Positions 14,576 through 25,734 of a DNA stretch of 64,000 nt are shown here, piece by piece. Made by a program: the position numbers and the translations under genes. The stretch is from Octopus vulgaris (lineage: Eukaryota). Each line of letters starts with the position of its first letter. The first letter of the stretch is position 1. Location: the NCBI GenBank assembly GCA_951406725.2, contig OX597840.1, forward strand, positions 12,400,001-12,464,000, in the 5' to 3' direction. The notes under the pieces are model-generated. The model was not told the DNA's origin and made no database searches. It saw only the letters and a list, made by a program, of their open reading frames with translations.

Positions 14576-15314
14576 CTGGTAAGTTCACTGTCATCAATTC
14601 ACCATAGGGAAAGTTCACCATCAGGAATGTTCTCTGTGAGGAAAGTTCACCACAAGGAAAGTTTACAGAGAGATAAATTCACAATAAAAGAATTAAAAAA
14701 AGCATTATTTTCGAACTCTAAAGTTCATGGTGAACTTTCTTCATGGTGAATTTTTCTTCATGGTAATCTTCCTTCATGGTGAACTTCCTTCATGGTGAAT
14801 TTTCTTCATGGTGAAATTTCTTCACAGTGAACTTTTTCACAGTAAACTTTCTTCATGGTGAACTTTCTTCACGGTGAACTTCCTTCATGGTGAACTTCTT
14901 TCATAGTGAAATTTCTTCAAAGTGAACTTTCTTCACAATGAACTTCCTTCACAGTGAACTTTCCTCACAGTGAACTTCGTTCATGGTGAATTTCGTTCAT
15001 GGTGAACTTCATTCATGGTGAACTTCGTTCATGGTGACCTTTGTTCACGGTGAACTTCCTTCACAGTCAACTTCCTTCAATGTGAACTTTCTTCACATTG
15101 AACTTCCTTTATGGTGAAATTTCTTCACGGTGAAATTTCTTCACGGTGAAATTTCTTCACAATGAACTTTCCTCGCAGTGAACTTCCTTCATGGTGAACT
15201 TTCTTCATGGTGAATTTTTCTTCATGGTGAACTTCCTTCATGGTGAACTTCCTTCATGGTGAATTGACGGTGGTGAATTCTCTTGCAATGAATTGTTGCT
15301 GGTGAAATTACCAG
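14576..15314. mobile_element. Foldback-like element with an expanded 16-bp subterminal repeat
   Basis: Termini CTGGTAAGTTCAC / GTGAAATTACCAG. About 30 copies of CATGGTGAACTTCCTT at 14725-15265 and a few inverted copies at 14580-14685. Confidence 0.65.
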
Positions 15315-15636
15315 TAATTGTACATATGTATATGTATATATATATATATAGATCTGTGCATATATGTATGTATGCATTTATGTATATATATGTATTGGAG
15401 TGTTTCTTGTACTTTTAAGCTAGCAGATGCATTATTAAAAATCCCAAACCATATAATTGAAGTGGATATGACAGGTGTAATCTCTTTCCAGCTGACTTCC
15501 ATAAAAATGAAAGATTTCATTAAAATATTCTTTATTACTTATAACCATTGATATGACCTTGGCACGAAATCCATTCTTACAGGAAACTGCACACATACAT
15601 ATAAATAGACGTGTGCACGTGCATGTGTATGTGTGT

Positions 15637-15693
<57 letters not shown>

Positions 15694-15825
15694 TGTAATC
15701 TCTTATTTAAGTTTATCTCTATAGATTTTCTGTAGAATTATATATGTATGTGTGTGCATATAGCTATATATATATATGCATACATATATGTATGCATATA
15801 AATGTATATATGTATATAAATATTG

Positions 15826-15903
<78 letters not shown>

Positions 15904-15933
15904 TATATGTGTATATATATATATATATATACA

Positions 15934-15970
<37 letters not shown>

Positions 15971-16070
15971 CAGCCAAAAAATTTGGCTATTTCTTCTACT
16001 GTATGCATACTCAGAAATAACTCACATAGGTATAAGGGAAAACAATGAAAGATCACATCCATATAAGATA

Positions 16071-16134
16071 CCCGAGGACAAGCCTGTTTCTGGATTAGTG
16101 GATTAAACGCCAACATTTCCTTCATCAGCTCAGA
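16071..16134 (-). ncRNA. Type I hammerhead ribozyme, Penelope-like
   Basis: Minus strand reads TCTGAG-CTGATGA-A-GGA...TCC-A-GAAA-CAGGCTTG-TC-CTCGGG. Confidence 0.7.
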
Positions 16135-16347
16135 GAATTCTTCTGATTTAGATTTGAAAGTACTAAGAATCAAACATACCCGTCCGACATATGTAACGCC
16201 GGACAAACCATGCCAGACCACCAGTACTAGCGAATCCAAAAATACAAATGAGATCTAGTATTTCTGAGCTGATGAAGGAAATGTTGGCGTTTAATCCACT
16301 CGGTCGAATTAATTAATAATTAATTAATTCTACCCTTTTTTATTGAT

Positions 16348-16402
<55 letters not shown>

Positions 16403-16403
16403 C

Positions 16404-17122
16404 CCCAGATCATTACAGATCCTTCTCCATGTTTAACAGTTAGAAGACGGCAGTGTCTGAAATTAGGTAAAGGATGACTCATCCGAGAAAATAACATTCT
16501 TCCACTCCTCTGGGGGAAAATTCTGTAGAATTTTCCTCCACTCTAAATGCTTTGCTGTATTTGATTTTGAAAGTAGTGGTTTTCTGATTGTAGCACTCCT
16601 GTGAAATCTGGCTTTGTGCAGATCCCGGTGAACAGTTTTTGTGGAAGCTGGGTTCTCGAAGTGGTCATTAAGCTCTTCAGTAATTTTGGGAGCTGTATTT
16701 TGTGACCCTTTCTAACAATTTGTGTAAGTGTCCAATAGTCCCTATCTGAAAGTTTTGGGTCTCTTCCGGAGTTTTGTTTCGAGGAGGAGGTTTCTCCCTC
16801 ATTCTCAACGGCTGTCATTACTTTCGAGACAGTACTTCTTGATACACCAAACATTTTGGCTGTTTTCATTATGCTAGTGCCTGCCATACAAGTACCAACA
16901 ATTTGACCTCTTTAAAAATCTGGAAGATCTGTCATTTTAATGAATTTTAATTACCTTTTTGCTGATGATATCTGAAAAGAAACAGCAATTTTCACAAAAC
17001 ATTAAGCAACACTAATAATAAATAAAAAAACATGAAAATAAACAAGGTTTTTTGGGTTTTATAGATATTTCAAAATTATGATGCTATGAAGCTAGGTGTT
17101 TCCATTATTTTCTCCAACCCTG
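16404..17122 (-). mobile_element. 5' half of a Tc1 element
   Basis: TIR CAGGGTTGGAGAAAATAATGGAAACAC after TA; MTDL..RGQIVG..AKMFGVSRSTVSKVM..NSGR.PKLSDRD. Confidence 0.85.
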
Positions 17123-17224
17123 TATGTGAGTATATATGTATATATATAGATATGTATATGTATATATGTATGTATATATATATATGTCTGGATATATATA
17201 TATGTGTGTATATATATATATATA

Positions 17225-17929
17225 TCATCATCATCATCATCATCATTGTTTAACGTCCATTTTCCGCGCTAGCACGGGTTGGATGGTTCGACTGGGGTCT
17301 GGGAAGCCAGGGGCCGCTCCAGGCTCCAGTCTGATTTGGCAGAGTTTCTACGGCTGGATGCCCTTCCTAACGCCAACCACTCCGTGAGTGGATTGGGTGC
17401 TTTTTACGTGCCACCTGCACAGGGGCCGGGGGGTCCGGCATCGGTCACGATCGGTTCGAGCTTTTAACATGCCAGCGGCACGGGGGCAACTGGGTCCGGG
17501 GTACTTTGGGGATCTGGGGTACTTTGAATGGGTAGGGGGTATGTGGAATTGCTGCAGAAAGCAGCCCGGGTCTTTGCAGTCACAGCATATCTCCAGAGAT
17601 CTCGGTCCTTCGCCATTGCCTCAGTGAGGCCCAATGCTCTGAGGTCATGCTTGACTACCTCATCCCATGTCTTCCTGGGTCTACCTCTCCCCTGATACCT
17701 TCAACTGTTTGGGAGTGGCACTTCTTCACACATCTCTCTCATCCATCCACAGCACATGACCATACCATCGCAAGCGTCGCTCTTGCACACCACATCTGAT
17801 GCTTCTTATATCCAGCATTTCTCTTAGGATGCTTACACTCTGTCTTGCGTGCACACTGACACTACACATCCAGCAGATCATGCTAGCTTCATTTCTTTCA
17901 AGTCTACGCATGTCCTCTGCAGTCACAGC

Positions 17930-17932
<3 letters not shown>
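17225..17932 (-). mobile_element. RTE-clade LINE 3' fragment with (GAT)n tail
   Basis: Encodes [26 protein letters not shown], then a 3' UTR ending in (GAT)n. Confidence 0.85.
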
Positions 17933-17986
<54 letters not shown>

Positions 17987-19562
17987 CGTATATATATATA
18001 TATATACACACATACACACACCACACACACATATATATATATGTGTGTGTATATACTTACACACACACACACACACTAGCCATGCATCCTGGAGTTGCCT
18101 GAGTGTTTTGACCTACTGCCACCTTGTATTATTTGTTCCTTTCTTATGAGTAGAATTGGCTCAGCTGGTATATAGTGAACTGGATTTGTGGTGTAATGGA
18201 TTAAAATTTCTTCATACTAATCAAATTGCTTATAGAACAATGCACACCAAGAAAGAAAAATACAGACCAACAACCTTTCCACATACTGACATCCTCTTGT
18301 GAACAAAGCACAAAATTAACAAAATGCTATACTAACAACACCATGACATACCCAACAAATGACCCTCACCTTCCAAATACAAACAGGAAATACCCTAAAT
18401 AACAACAAAGAAACTGACTAGTTAAAACATACCAACTAGTTACATTATTTTGTGAACCCCTAAAAAGTTCCATTACAAAAAGTTGAGACAACCACTTACT
18501 AAGCTTTTAAATACTGGACTAAAGTTTAAATCTTTGAACTTTACATTGTCAAAGCGAAAGATTAAATCAAATAGAACCAAAACTGACTAAAACGTCTGAC
18601 ATATCCCATACCTACCAACCAACCAACCAGCTGGCCGGCTGACCGAACGACCGACCAACCGATCGACCGACCGACCAACTGACCGACCGACCGACCAACC
18701 GACCCACCGACCAATAAACAAGGAAACGGACTCTTTTTAACAATGAAAAAACAGAGTACAAGACAAACAATACAAGGAAAATTCCCCTTCATCAGCTGCC
18801 CCTGGTTTGGCTCAATGCGTATTGTTTGTCCTGTACTCTGTTTTTTTGTTGTTAAAAAAAGTCCGTTTCCTTGTTTGATTTTATGTTTTCGTTTCTCGTT
18901 GTGTTCTATGTTTATCTGTGGTGTCCTGTACTCATATTTATATATATATGCATGTATATATACATATAGATGTAAGTATGTACATATATGTATGTATGCA
19001 TATATTTTATTTATTTATTATATTGTTATTATATGACCGAGCGCACGCGTTGTTTCTCTTCTCCAAGTAAGTTTTTATTTATTGGTTTCTGAATTACAAC
19101 TATTTAGCGGTTTGAGTTTAGCTGCTCTTTCTAGTGGGTCGAATGGCCTATCAAGGCTATTCCTTAATATTGTTGAATATATATATATATACACCATCCG
19201 AGCATGATCGTTGCCAGAGTGGTTAGCTGGCTGCTGTGCTGGTGGCACGTAAAAGGCACCATTCGAGCATGGTCATTACTAGTGTTGCCTCACTGGCATG
19301 TGAAAAAACATTTGAGTGAGGTCGTTGCCAGTACCACCTGACTGGCCCCCATGCCGGTGGCACGTAAAAGCACCCACTACACTCTCAGTGTGGTTTGCGT
19401 TAGGAAGGGTATCCAGCTGTAGAAACTCTGCCGGATTAAGTTTGGAGCCTGGTGCAGCCATCTCGTTCGCCAGTCCTAAGTCAAACCATCCAACCCATGC
19501 TAGCATGGAAAGTGGATGTTAAACAATGGTGATGATGATGATGATGATGATATATATATATG

Positions 19563-19614
<52 letters not shown>

Positions 19615-20455
19615 TACATACATGTGTATATATACACATAAATAAATATACACAATATGTATATACATGCATATGCATTCACACACATAAATACACATAT
19701 ACTTACATGTTTGTTTGTAAAGAAAGTAGTTTCAATGATAGATAAAATATTTATAGGACTTCAATAGAGTGAAAAGAAATTCTACTATATTTGGTTTGAT
19801 CAGAATGAATGATATTTTATAGATTCTCAATGCATTTCATTTGTTATTACCATTCTCTCTCATATTCTATAGCTTTTCCGGTTTGGATATAACATTCAAA
19901 ATATAAATCTTAGGAAAATCATTAGAAAATATATCCATCACTTATGCACACATGCATCCATTTACACACACAAACCAACAAACACTCTCACAAACTAAAA
20001 TCTGTTTATTTATTTTAAAATGATGAGAAGATTTTCCAACCATTCTTTATTTTGGAAAAATATTTATATATTCTAAATATTGCTTTTAATTCAGCTGGAG
20101 ATCTTTGTGAATTGAGGGTTTTAAAGAAAACATTTTAAACAACAATGAAATGAATTTTCTTTAAGAATTATCAACAACATTCTGTACAGTCATGAAATAT
20201 TTAGATTCACACATCATACATATTTATTTTGTTTAGTCATTCACATATACATTTGTATATCCTCATTGATATATATTTGCATATATATATATATATATAA
20301 CATAAGGGACTAAAGCCATCTGAATATGGCTAGGGACAGGGCAGGGTGGTGGGGGTGTTACTGTTGCATTTAGCCCCAGGCGAACATCGACGTCACCAGA
20401 AAGGCTCGACACCGTCACGGTGCCCTAAACCTGCAAAGGGAGGTAATTCCCCGAT

Positions 20456-20529
20456 GAAGCGGAAACCACACACGGACCATGGTTTCAAGGTGTATTGCCT
20501 ATCATCGGCGTGTGGTAGGCCTCCGCTTC
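20456..20529 (-). ncRNA. Type I hammerhead ribozyme (left-arm copy 1)
   Basis: Identical copy, 359-bp period. Confidence 0.85.
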
Positions 20530-20814
20530 CTCGACGAATTCTCACCATGCAGGATTTCTTATATAGATTTTCAAGCAAAATACATTTGCTGATTTCGAAA
20601 ATCTGTTCGAAAGCAATAATAATTCTCTAAAAGGGATATAGACAGTAACTGCTCGATAACATAAGGGACTAAAGCCATCTGAATATGGCTAGGGACAGGG
20701 CAGGGTGGTGGGGGTGTTACTGTTGCATTTAGCCCCAGGCGAACATCGACGTCACCAGAAAGGCTCGACACCGTCACGGTGCCCTAAACCTGCAAAGGGA
20801 GGTAATTCCCCGAT

Positions 20815-20888
20815 GAAGCGGAAACCACACACGGACCATGGTTTCAAGGTGTATTGCCTATCATCGGCGTGTGGTAGGCCTCCGCTTC
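20815..20888 (-). ncRNA. Type I hammerhead ribozyme (left-arm copy 2)
   Basis: Identical copy, 359-bp period. Confidence 0.85.
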
Positions 20889-21173
20889 CTCGACGAATTC
20901 TCACCATGCAGGATTTCTTATATAGATTTTCAAGCAAAATACATTTGCTGATTTCGAAAATCTGTTCGAAAGCAATAATAATTCTCTAAAAGGGATATAG
21001 ACAGTAACTGCTCGATAACATAAGGGACCAAAGCCATCTGAATATGGCTAGGGACAGGGCAGGGTGGTGGGGGTGTTACTGTTGCATTTAGCCCCAGGCG
21101 AACATCGACGTCACCAGAAAGGCTCGACACCGTCACGGTGCCCTAAACCTGCAAAGGGAGGTAATTCCCCGAT

Positions 21174-21247
21174 GAAGCGGAAACCACACACGGACCATGG
21201 TTTCAAGGTGTATTGCCTATCATCGGCGTGTGGTAGGCCTCCGCTTC
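21174..21247 (-). ncRNA. Type I hammerhead ribozyme (left-arm copy 3)
   Basis: Reverse complement of 21452-21525. Confidence 0.85.
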
Positions 21248-21451
21248 CTCGACGAATTCTCACCATGCAGGATTTCTTATATAGATTTTCAAGCAAAATA
21301 CATTTGCTGATTTCGAAAATCTGTTCGAAAGCAATAATAATTCTCTAAAAGGGATATAGACAGTAACTGCTCGAACAGATTTTCGAAATCAGCAAATGTA
21401 TTTTGCTTGAAAATCTATATAAGAAATCCTGCATGGTGAGAATTCGTCGAG

Positions 21452-21525
21452 GAAGCGGAGGCCTACCACACGCCGATGATAGGCAATACACCTTGAAACC
21501 ATGGTCCGTGTGTGGTTTCCGCTTC
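21452..21525 (+). ncRNA. Type I hammerhead ribozyme (variant core CCGAUGA), predicted cleavage after GUC at 21506
   Basis: CACACG-CCGATGA-T-AGG-caataca-CCT-T-GAAA-CCATGG-TC-CGTGTG. Stem I continues past a bulge as GAAGCGGAGGCC/GGTTTCCGCTTC. Stem III is palindromic. Confidence 0.85.
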
Positions 21526-21810
21526 ATCGGGGAATTACCTCCCTTTGCAGGTTTAGGGCACCGTGACGGTGTCGAGCCTTTCTGGTGACGTCGATGTTCG
21601 CCTGGGGCTAAATGCAACAGTAACACCCCCACCACCCTGCCCTGTCCCTAGCCATATTCAGATGGCTTTAGTCCCTTATGTTATCGAGCAGTTACTGTCT
21701 ATATCCCTTTTAGAGAATTATTATTGCTTTCGAACAGATTTTCGAAATCAGCAAATGTATTTTGCTTGAAAATCTATATAAGAAATCCTGCATGGTGAGA
21801 ATTCGTCGAG

Positions 21811-21884
21811 GAAGCGGAGGCCTACCACACGCCGATGATAGGCAATACACCTTGAAACCATGGTCCGTGTGTGGTTTCCGCTTC
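21811..21884 (+). ncRNA. Type I hammerhead ribozyme, cleavage after 21865
   Basis: Identical copy 359 bp downstream of 21452-21525. Confidence 0.85.
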
Positions 21885-22085
21885 ATCGGGGAATTACCTC
21901 CCTTTGCAGGTTTAGGGCACCGTGACGGTGTCGAGCCTTTCTGGTGACGTCGATGTTCGCCTGGGGCTAAATGCAACAGTAACACCCCCACCACCCTGCC
22001 CTGTCCCTAGCCATATTCAGATGGCTTTAGTCCCTTATGTTATCGAGCAGTTACTGTCTATATCCCTTTTAGAGAATTATTATTG

Positions 22086-22161
<76 letters not shown>

Positions 22162-22192
22162 GTATATATATATGTATATATATATGTATATA

Positions 22193-22245
<53 letters not shown>

Positions 22246-22650
22246 ACACACACATATTTATATATATATATTATCCAAAGTGTACAATGCTATATATCAA
22301 TCATGGCTGATCTTATCAATTGGTTTCGTGCTAGGGGTACAACAGAATGTAAGGTAAGAATCCGATTATATAACCCTATGCTCATCAGAAGTGGCCAATA
22401 TGGAATGAAATATGGTAACTGCATCTTTTTCCTAAACTGATAGATATATATATATATATATATATTTCGAGCCTACGCTCTTCTATAGAAAGGGACACAG
22501 AAAAAACAAGGAGAGAAAAAAATGTGTGTAGTGGCTAACGATCTATCGTGGCGACTAGTGCCGGACAGAAGAGTCAGACACGAGGAGGAAAGTAGGGGAG
22601 ATGGAAACTGAAAGAAGCCCATCGTATATATATATATATATATATATAGG

Positions 22651-23050
22651 CTCAGGCGTGGCTGTGTGGTAAGTAGCTTGCTAACCAACCACATGGTTCC
22701 GGGTTCAGTTCCACTGCGTGACATCTTGGGCAAGTGTCTTCTGCTATAGCCCTGGGCCGACCAATGACTTGTGAGTGGATTTGGTAGACGGGAACTGAAA
22801 AGAAGCCTGTCGTATATATGTATATATATATGTATGTATGTGTGTGTTTGTGTGTCTGTGTTTGTCCCCCTAGCATTGCTTGACAACCGATGCTGGTGTG
22901 TTTACGTCCCCGTCACTTAGCGGTTCGGCAAAAGAGACCGATAGAATAAGTACTGGGCTTACAAAAGAATAAGTCCCAGGGTCGATTTGCTCGACTAAAC
23001 GCGGTGCTCCAGCATGGCCGCAGTCAAATGACTGAAACAAGTAAAAAGAG
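22651..23050 (+). mobile_element. SINE family A copy
   Basis: Full-length copy. Confidence 0.9.
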
Positions 23051-23132
23051 AAAATATATATATGTGTGTGTGTGTGTATATGTGTATATGTTTGTGTGTC
23101 TGTTTGTCCCCACAACATCGCTAGACAACTGA

Positions 23133-23700
23133 TACTTCAACTTCAATTCCCACCATCCATACAGTATAAAGAGAGGGACTGCTCAGTGCTTAAAACACTG
23201 GGCAAAGAAGATAAGTAGTGATCCTGATACATACCATGAAGAAATGATCAAGCTAAGTAACAATCTATTAAGCAAAAACTACCCCAAAAACATACTTTCC
23301 ACCCCAATTTGGAAGAGGAGAGAGGATGAAACTCATAAACTGACCCCAGTCTGTGTACCCTATGTGAAAGTTACAAAAGATATGTGGTCCATATGACATC
23401 AGGACAGTATTCAAGAGTAATACAACACTTCAGAAATATCTCCTTCGAGTAAAACCACCAATAGAAGAGAATATGACCAAAGACTGCATGTACTCCATCC
23501 CATGCAGTTGTGGTAGGTTATACAAAGGCGAAACATGCCACCCCTTCAAAATAAGGGTAGAGGAACATTGTAAAGCTGTGATACGAGGGGATATTGAAAA
23601 ATCAGATATAGCCAATCATGTATGGAAAAATGGACCCCACCCTTGTGGGATGAAGTTAAAATAATAGACAGAGAAAATACAAAAACTAAAAGAGGCAGCT
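23133..23700 (+). pseudogene. Penelope-like retroelement fragment: RT C-terminal/linker region plus GIY-YIG endonuclease, frameshifted
   Basis: YFNFNSHHPYSIKRG..NYP..PYV, then MYSIPCSCGRLYKGET..RVEEH..IANH (GIY-YIG with the CCHH residues typical of PLEs). Confidence 0.85.
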
Positions 23701-24229
23701 TGACCAACGTGCCATGCAGTGGGACTGAACCTGGAACCATGTAGCTGGAAGCAAGCTTCTTATTTCTTTACTGCCCACAAGGGGCTACACGCAGGGGACA
23801 AACAAGGACAGACGAATGGATTAAGTCGATTATATCGACCCCAGTGTGTAACTGGTACTTACTTAATCGACCCCGAAAGGATGAAAGGCAAAGTCAACCT
23901 CGGCGGAATTTGAACTCAGAATGTAATGGCAGATGAAATACTGCTAAGCATTTCGCCTGGCTTGCTAACGTTTCTGCGAGCTTGCCGCCTTACAAGATTA
24001 ATGACCTTGTAGCCGAAGACAGAACACATTTGATGTAGCCCAGGTAGTTATGATAAACATTCTACTAATGCCATCACATGCAACTGGAAGCAAGCTTCTT
24101 ACCACACAGCCACACCTGTACCTTCATTTGTTGTAAACAAATTCTTTACTAATCATGATGATCACTGTCATGATGATGATCATCATCATGTCCATCAACA
24201 TCATTTATCATCTGTGTTCCATACTTGTA

Positions 24230-24463
24230 TAAGGCAGCGAGCTGGCAGACACGTTAGCACGCGGGGCGAAATGCTTAGCGGTATTTCGTCTGTCGTTACA
24301 TTCTGAGTTCAAATTCTGCCGAGGTCAACTTTGCCTTTCATCTTTTCGGAGTCAATAAATAAAGTACCAGTTTCACACTGGGGTCGATATAATCGACTCA
24401 ATCCCTTCGTCTGTCCTTGTTTGTCCCCTCTATGTTTAGCCCCTTCTGGGCAGTAAAGAAATA
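24230..24463 (+). mobile_element. SINE family B (Nin/Deu-domain-like core); also 1934-2168, 23760-23991 and 31074-31303
   Basis: GGCGAGCTGGCAGA head, GAGTTCAAATTC B box, and family core GCCTTTCATCCTTTCGGGGTCGATAAA. The domain name is from memory. Confidence 0.8.
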
Positions 24464-25210
24464 CATACTGGTATGGGACGGACATCTTGACAGAAGCTGG
24501 CAAGGCTAGGGGCCACACCAGACTCCATTGTCTGTTATGGTAGGTTTCTACAGCTGAATGCCCTTCCTCATTAATGCCAACTACTTTACAGAATGTACTG
24601 GGTACTTTCTATGTGACACCATCAACATTACTTTTTGCATGGCACCATTACTAAATTCAGAAAAATCTATATTTAATTCAGTCACCCTAATTCATTGTAA
24701 TTGGCTATTCAAATTCTGTCAGTGAGACTGTTCCTCCTGGGACCTCACGATTTCCACCCAGACCTCTTAACCTCTCAGCTATGCCTGATTCTGCCAGAAA
24801 CTGTCAGTAATATATTTCTGAGCAGGTGTAATGTTGATTAGATCAATGTCTATAGTAGAATTATCTTTATCAAACCTCTCTCTTGGGTGAATGAAACCTA
24901 AAGCTGACCTCAACAATATATTTCAATCCAGAACACAAAGGGATGCAGATATAAATAACACAAGGCATTTTTATCAGACACTTCACTCATTCTGTTGCAT
25001 GAAGAATGATTTAAGACTGTTGATGTGGAAGATAATCATTTTTACAGAGCACTAATAATTTTGCTTAGCCATTCTAAATTAATGTAATTAAGTACCTTTT
25101 GTACTGAAATAGTCTTCTTGGAGCAGCTGTTCTTTATCTCTCATTCCCCCAGCTCAACCCCTTTAGTTCTCTTCTTCTATTTCAACATTACCATTTCTCT
25201 TTTGCTTAGT

Positions 25211-25438
25211 GTAACCCTTTTGATATCAACCCTTGCCAAAACTGCTTTGGCTCTATACTTCAAACCTGTTTTCGCATGTTCTAAATCAAAATCTACCATC
25301 AAAATTCCACTTCAATTTATATTCCAAACATCAGCTTCATAAAGACAAAACTGTTTTAATAGATTCTTCATTGTGTTCAAAATCATTTGAAGCAAAGATA
25401 GTGTATTTCAGCAGAAATATGCCAACAAAAGGGTTAAT
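25211..25438. mobile_element. piggyBac-like MITE (TTAA-CCCTT ends); related elements at 36745-36974, 46571-46961 and 54649-54863
   Basis: TAACCCTTTTG ... CAAAAGGGTTAA inverted termini. Confidence 0.6.
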
Positions 25439-25667
25439 AATGGTTCCAAATTTTGGCATAAGGCCAGCGATTCTTGGGAAGGGAGTAAGTTGTCTGCAAT
25501 GACCCCAGTGTTCAACTAGTATTTATTTTGTTGACTCCAAAAGTGGAAGACACTTGCCCAAGGTGCCACGTGCCACGCACCTTGGGCAAGTGCCTTCTGC
25601 TATAGCCTCGGGCCGACCAAAGCCTTGTGAGTGGATTTGGTAGACAGAAACTGAAAGAAGCCTGTCG

Positions 25668-25734
<67 letters not shown>

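Larger units (their letters stand above)
20297..21374 (-). mobile_element. Retrozyme-like array, left arm: three tandem 359-bp HHR-containing units (HHR sense on minus strand)
   Basis: The unit start ATAACATAAGGG recurs at 20297, 20656 and 21015 (period 359). The only difference I found between copies is T>C at 21029. Starts directly after a (TA)n tract. Confidence 0.88.
21371..22087 (+). mobile_element. Retrozyme-like array, right arm: two inverted 359-bp units (HHR sense on plus strand)
   Basis: TCGAACAGATT at 21371 and 21730. The arm is the reverse complement of 20612-21328 and is followed directly by (TA)n. Confidence 0.88.

Noticed and set aside
20451-20486. Second hammerhead on the opposite polarity (CCGATGA-AGCG-GAAA-CCA..TGG-TT)
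   Set aside because: It has no stem II or stem I. It is the mirror of the sense-strand self-complementarity.
20346-21994. Repeated 94-, 61- and 68-aa ORFs in the 359-bp unit
   Set aside because: They overlap on both strands, mostly start at non-ATG codons and contain no domain. The sequence is better explained by RNA structure.
20612-22087. Palindrome as a simple fold-back read artefact
   Set aside because: The inversion is confined to the element and different unique sequence lies beyond each TA tract. It is disfavoured but needs read-level confirmation.
22464-22492. HHR-like remnant (GAGC gtag GCTC GAAA on minus)
   Set aside because: The core reads CTATAGA and the 3' part is truncated by (TA)n, so it is too decayed to call.
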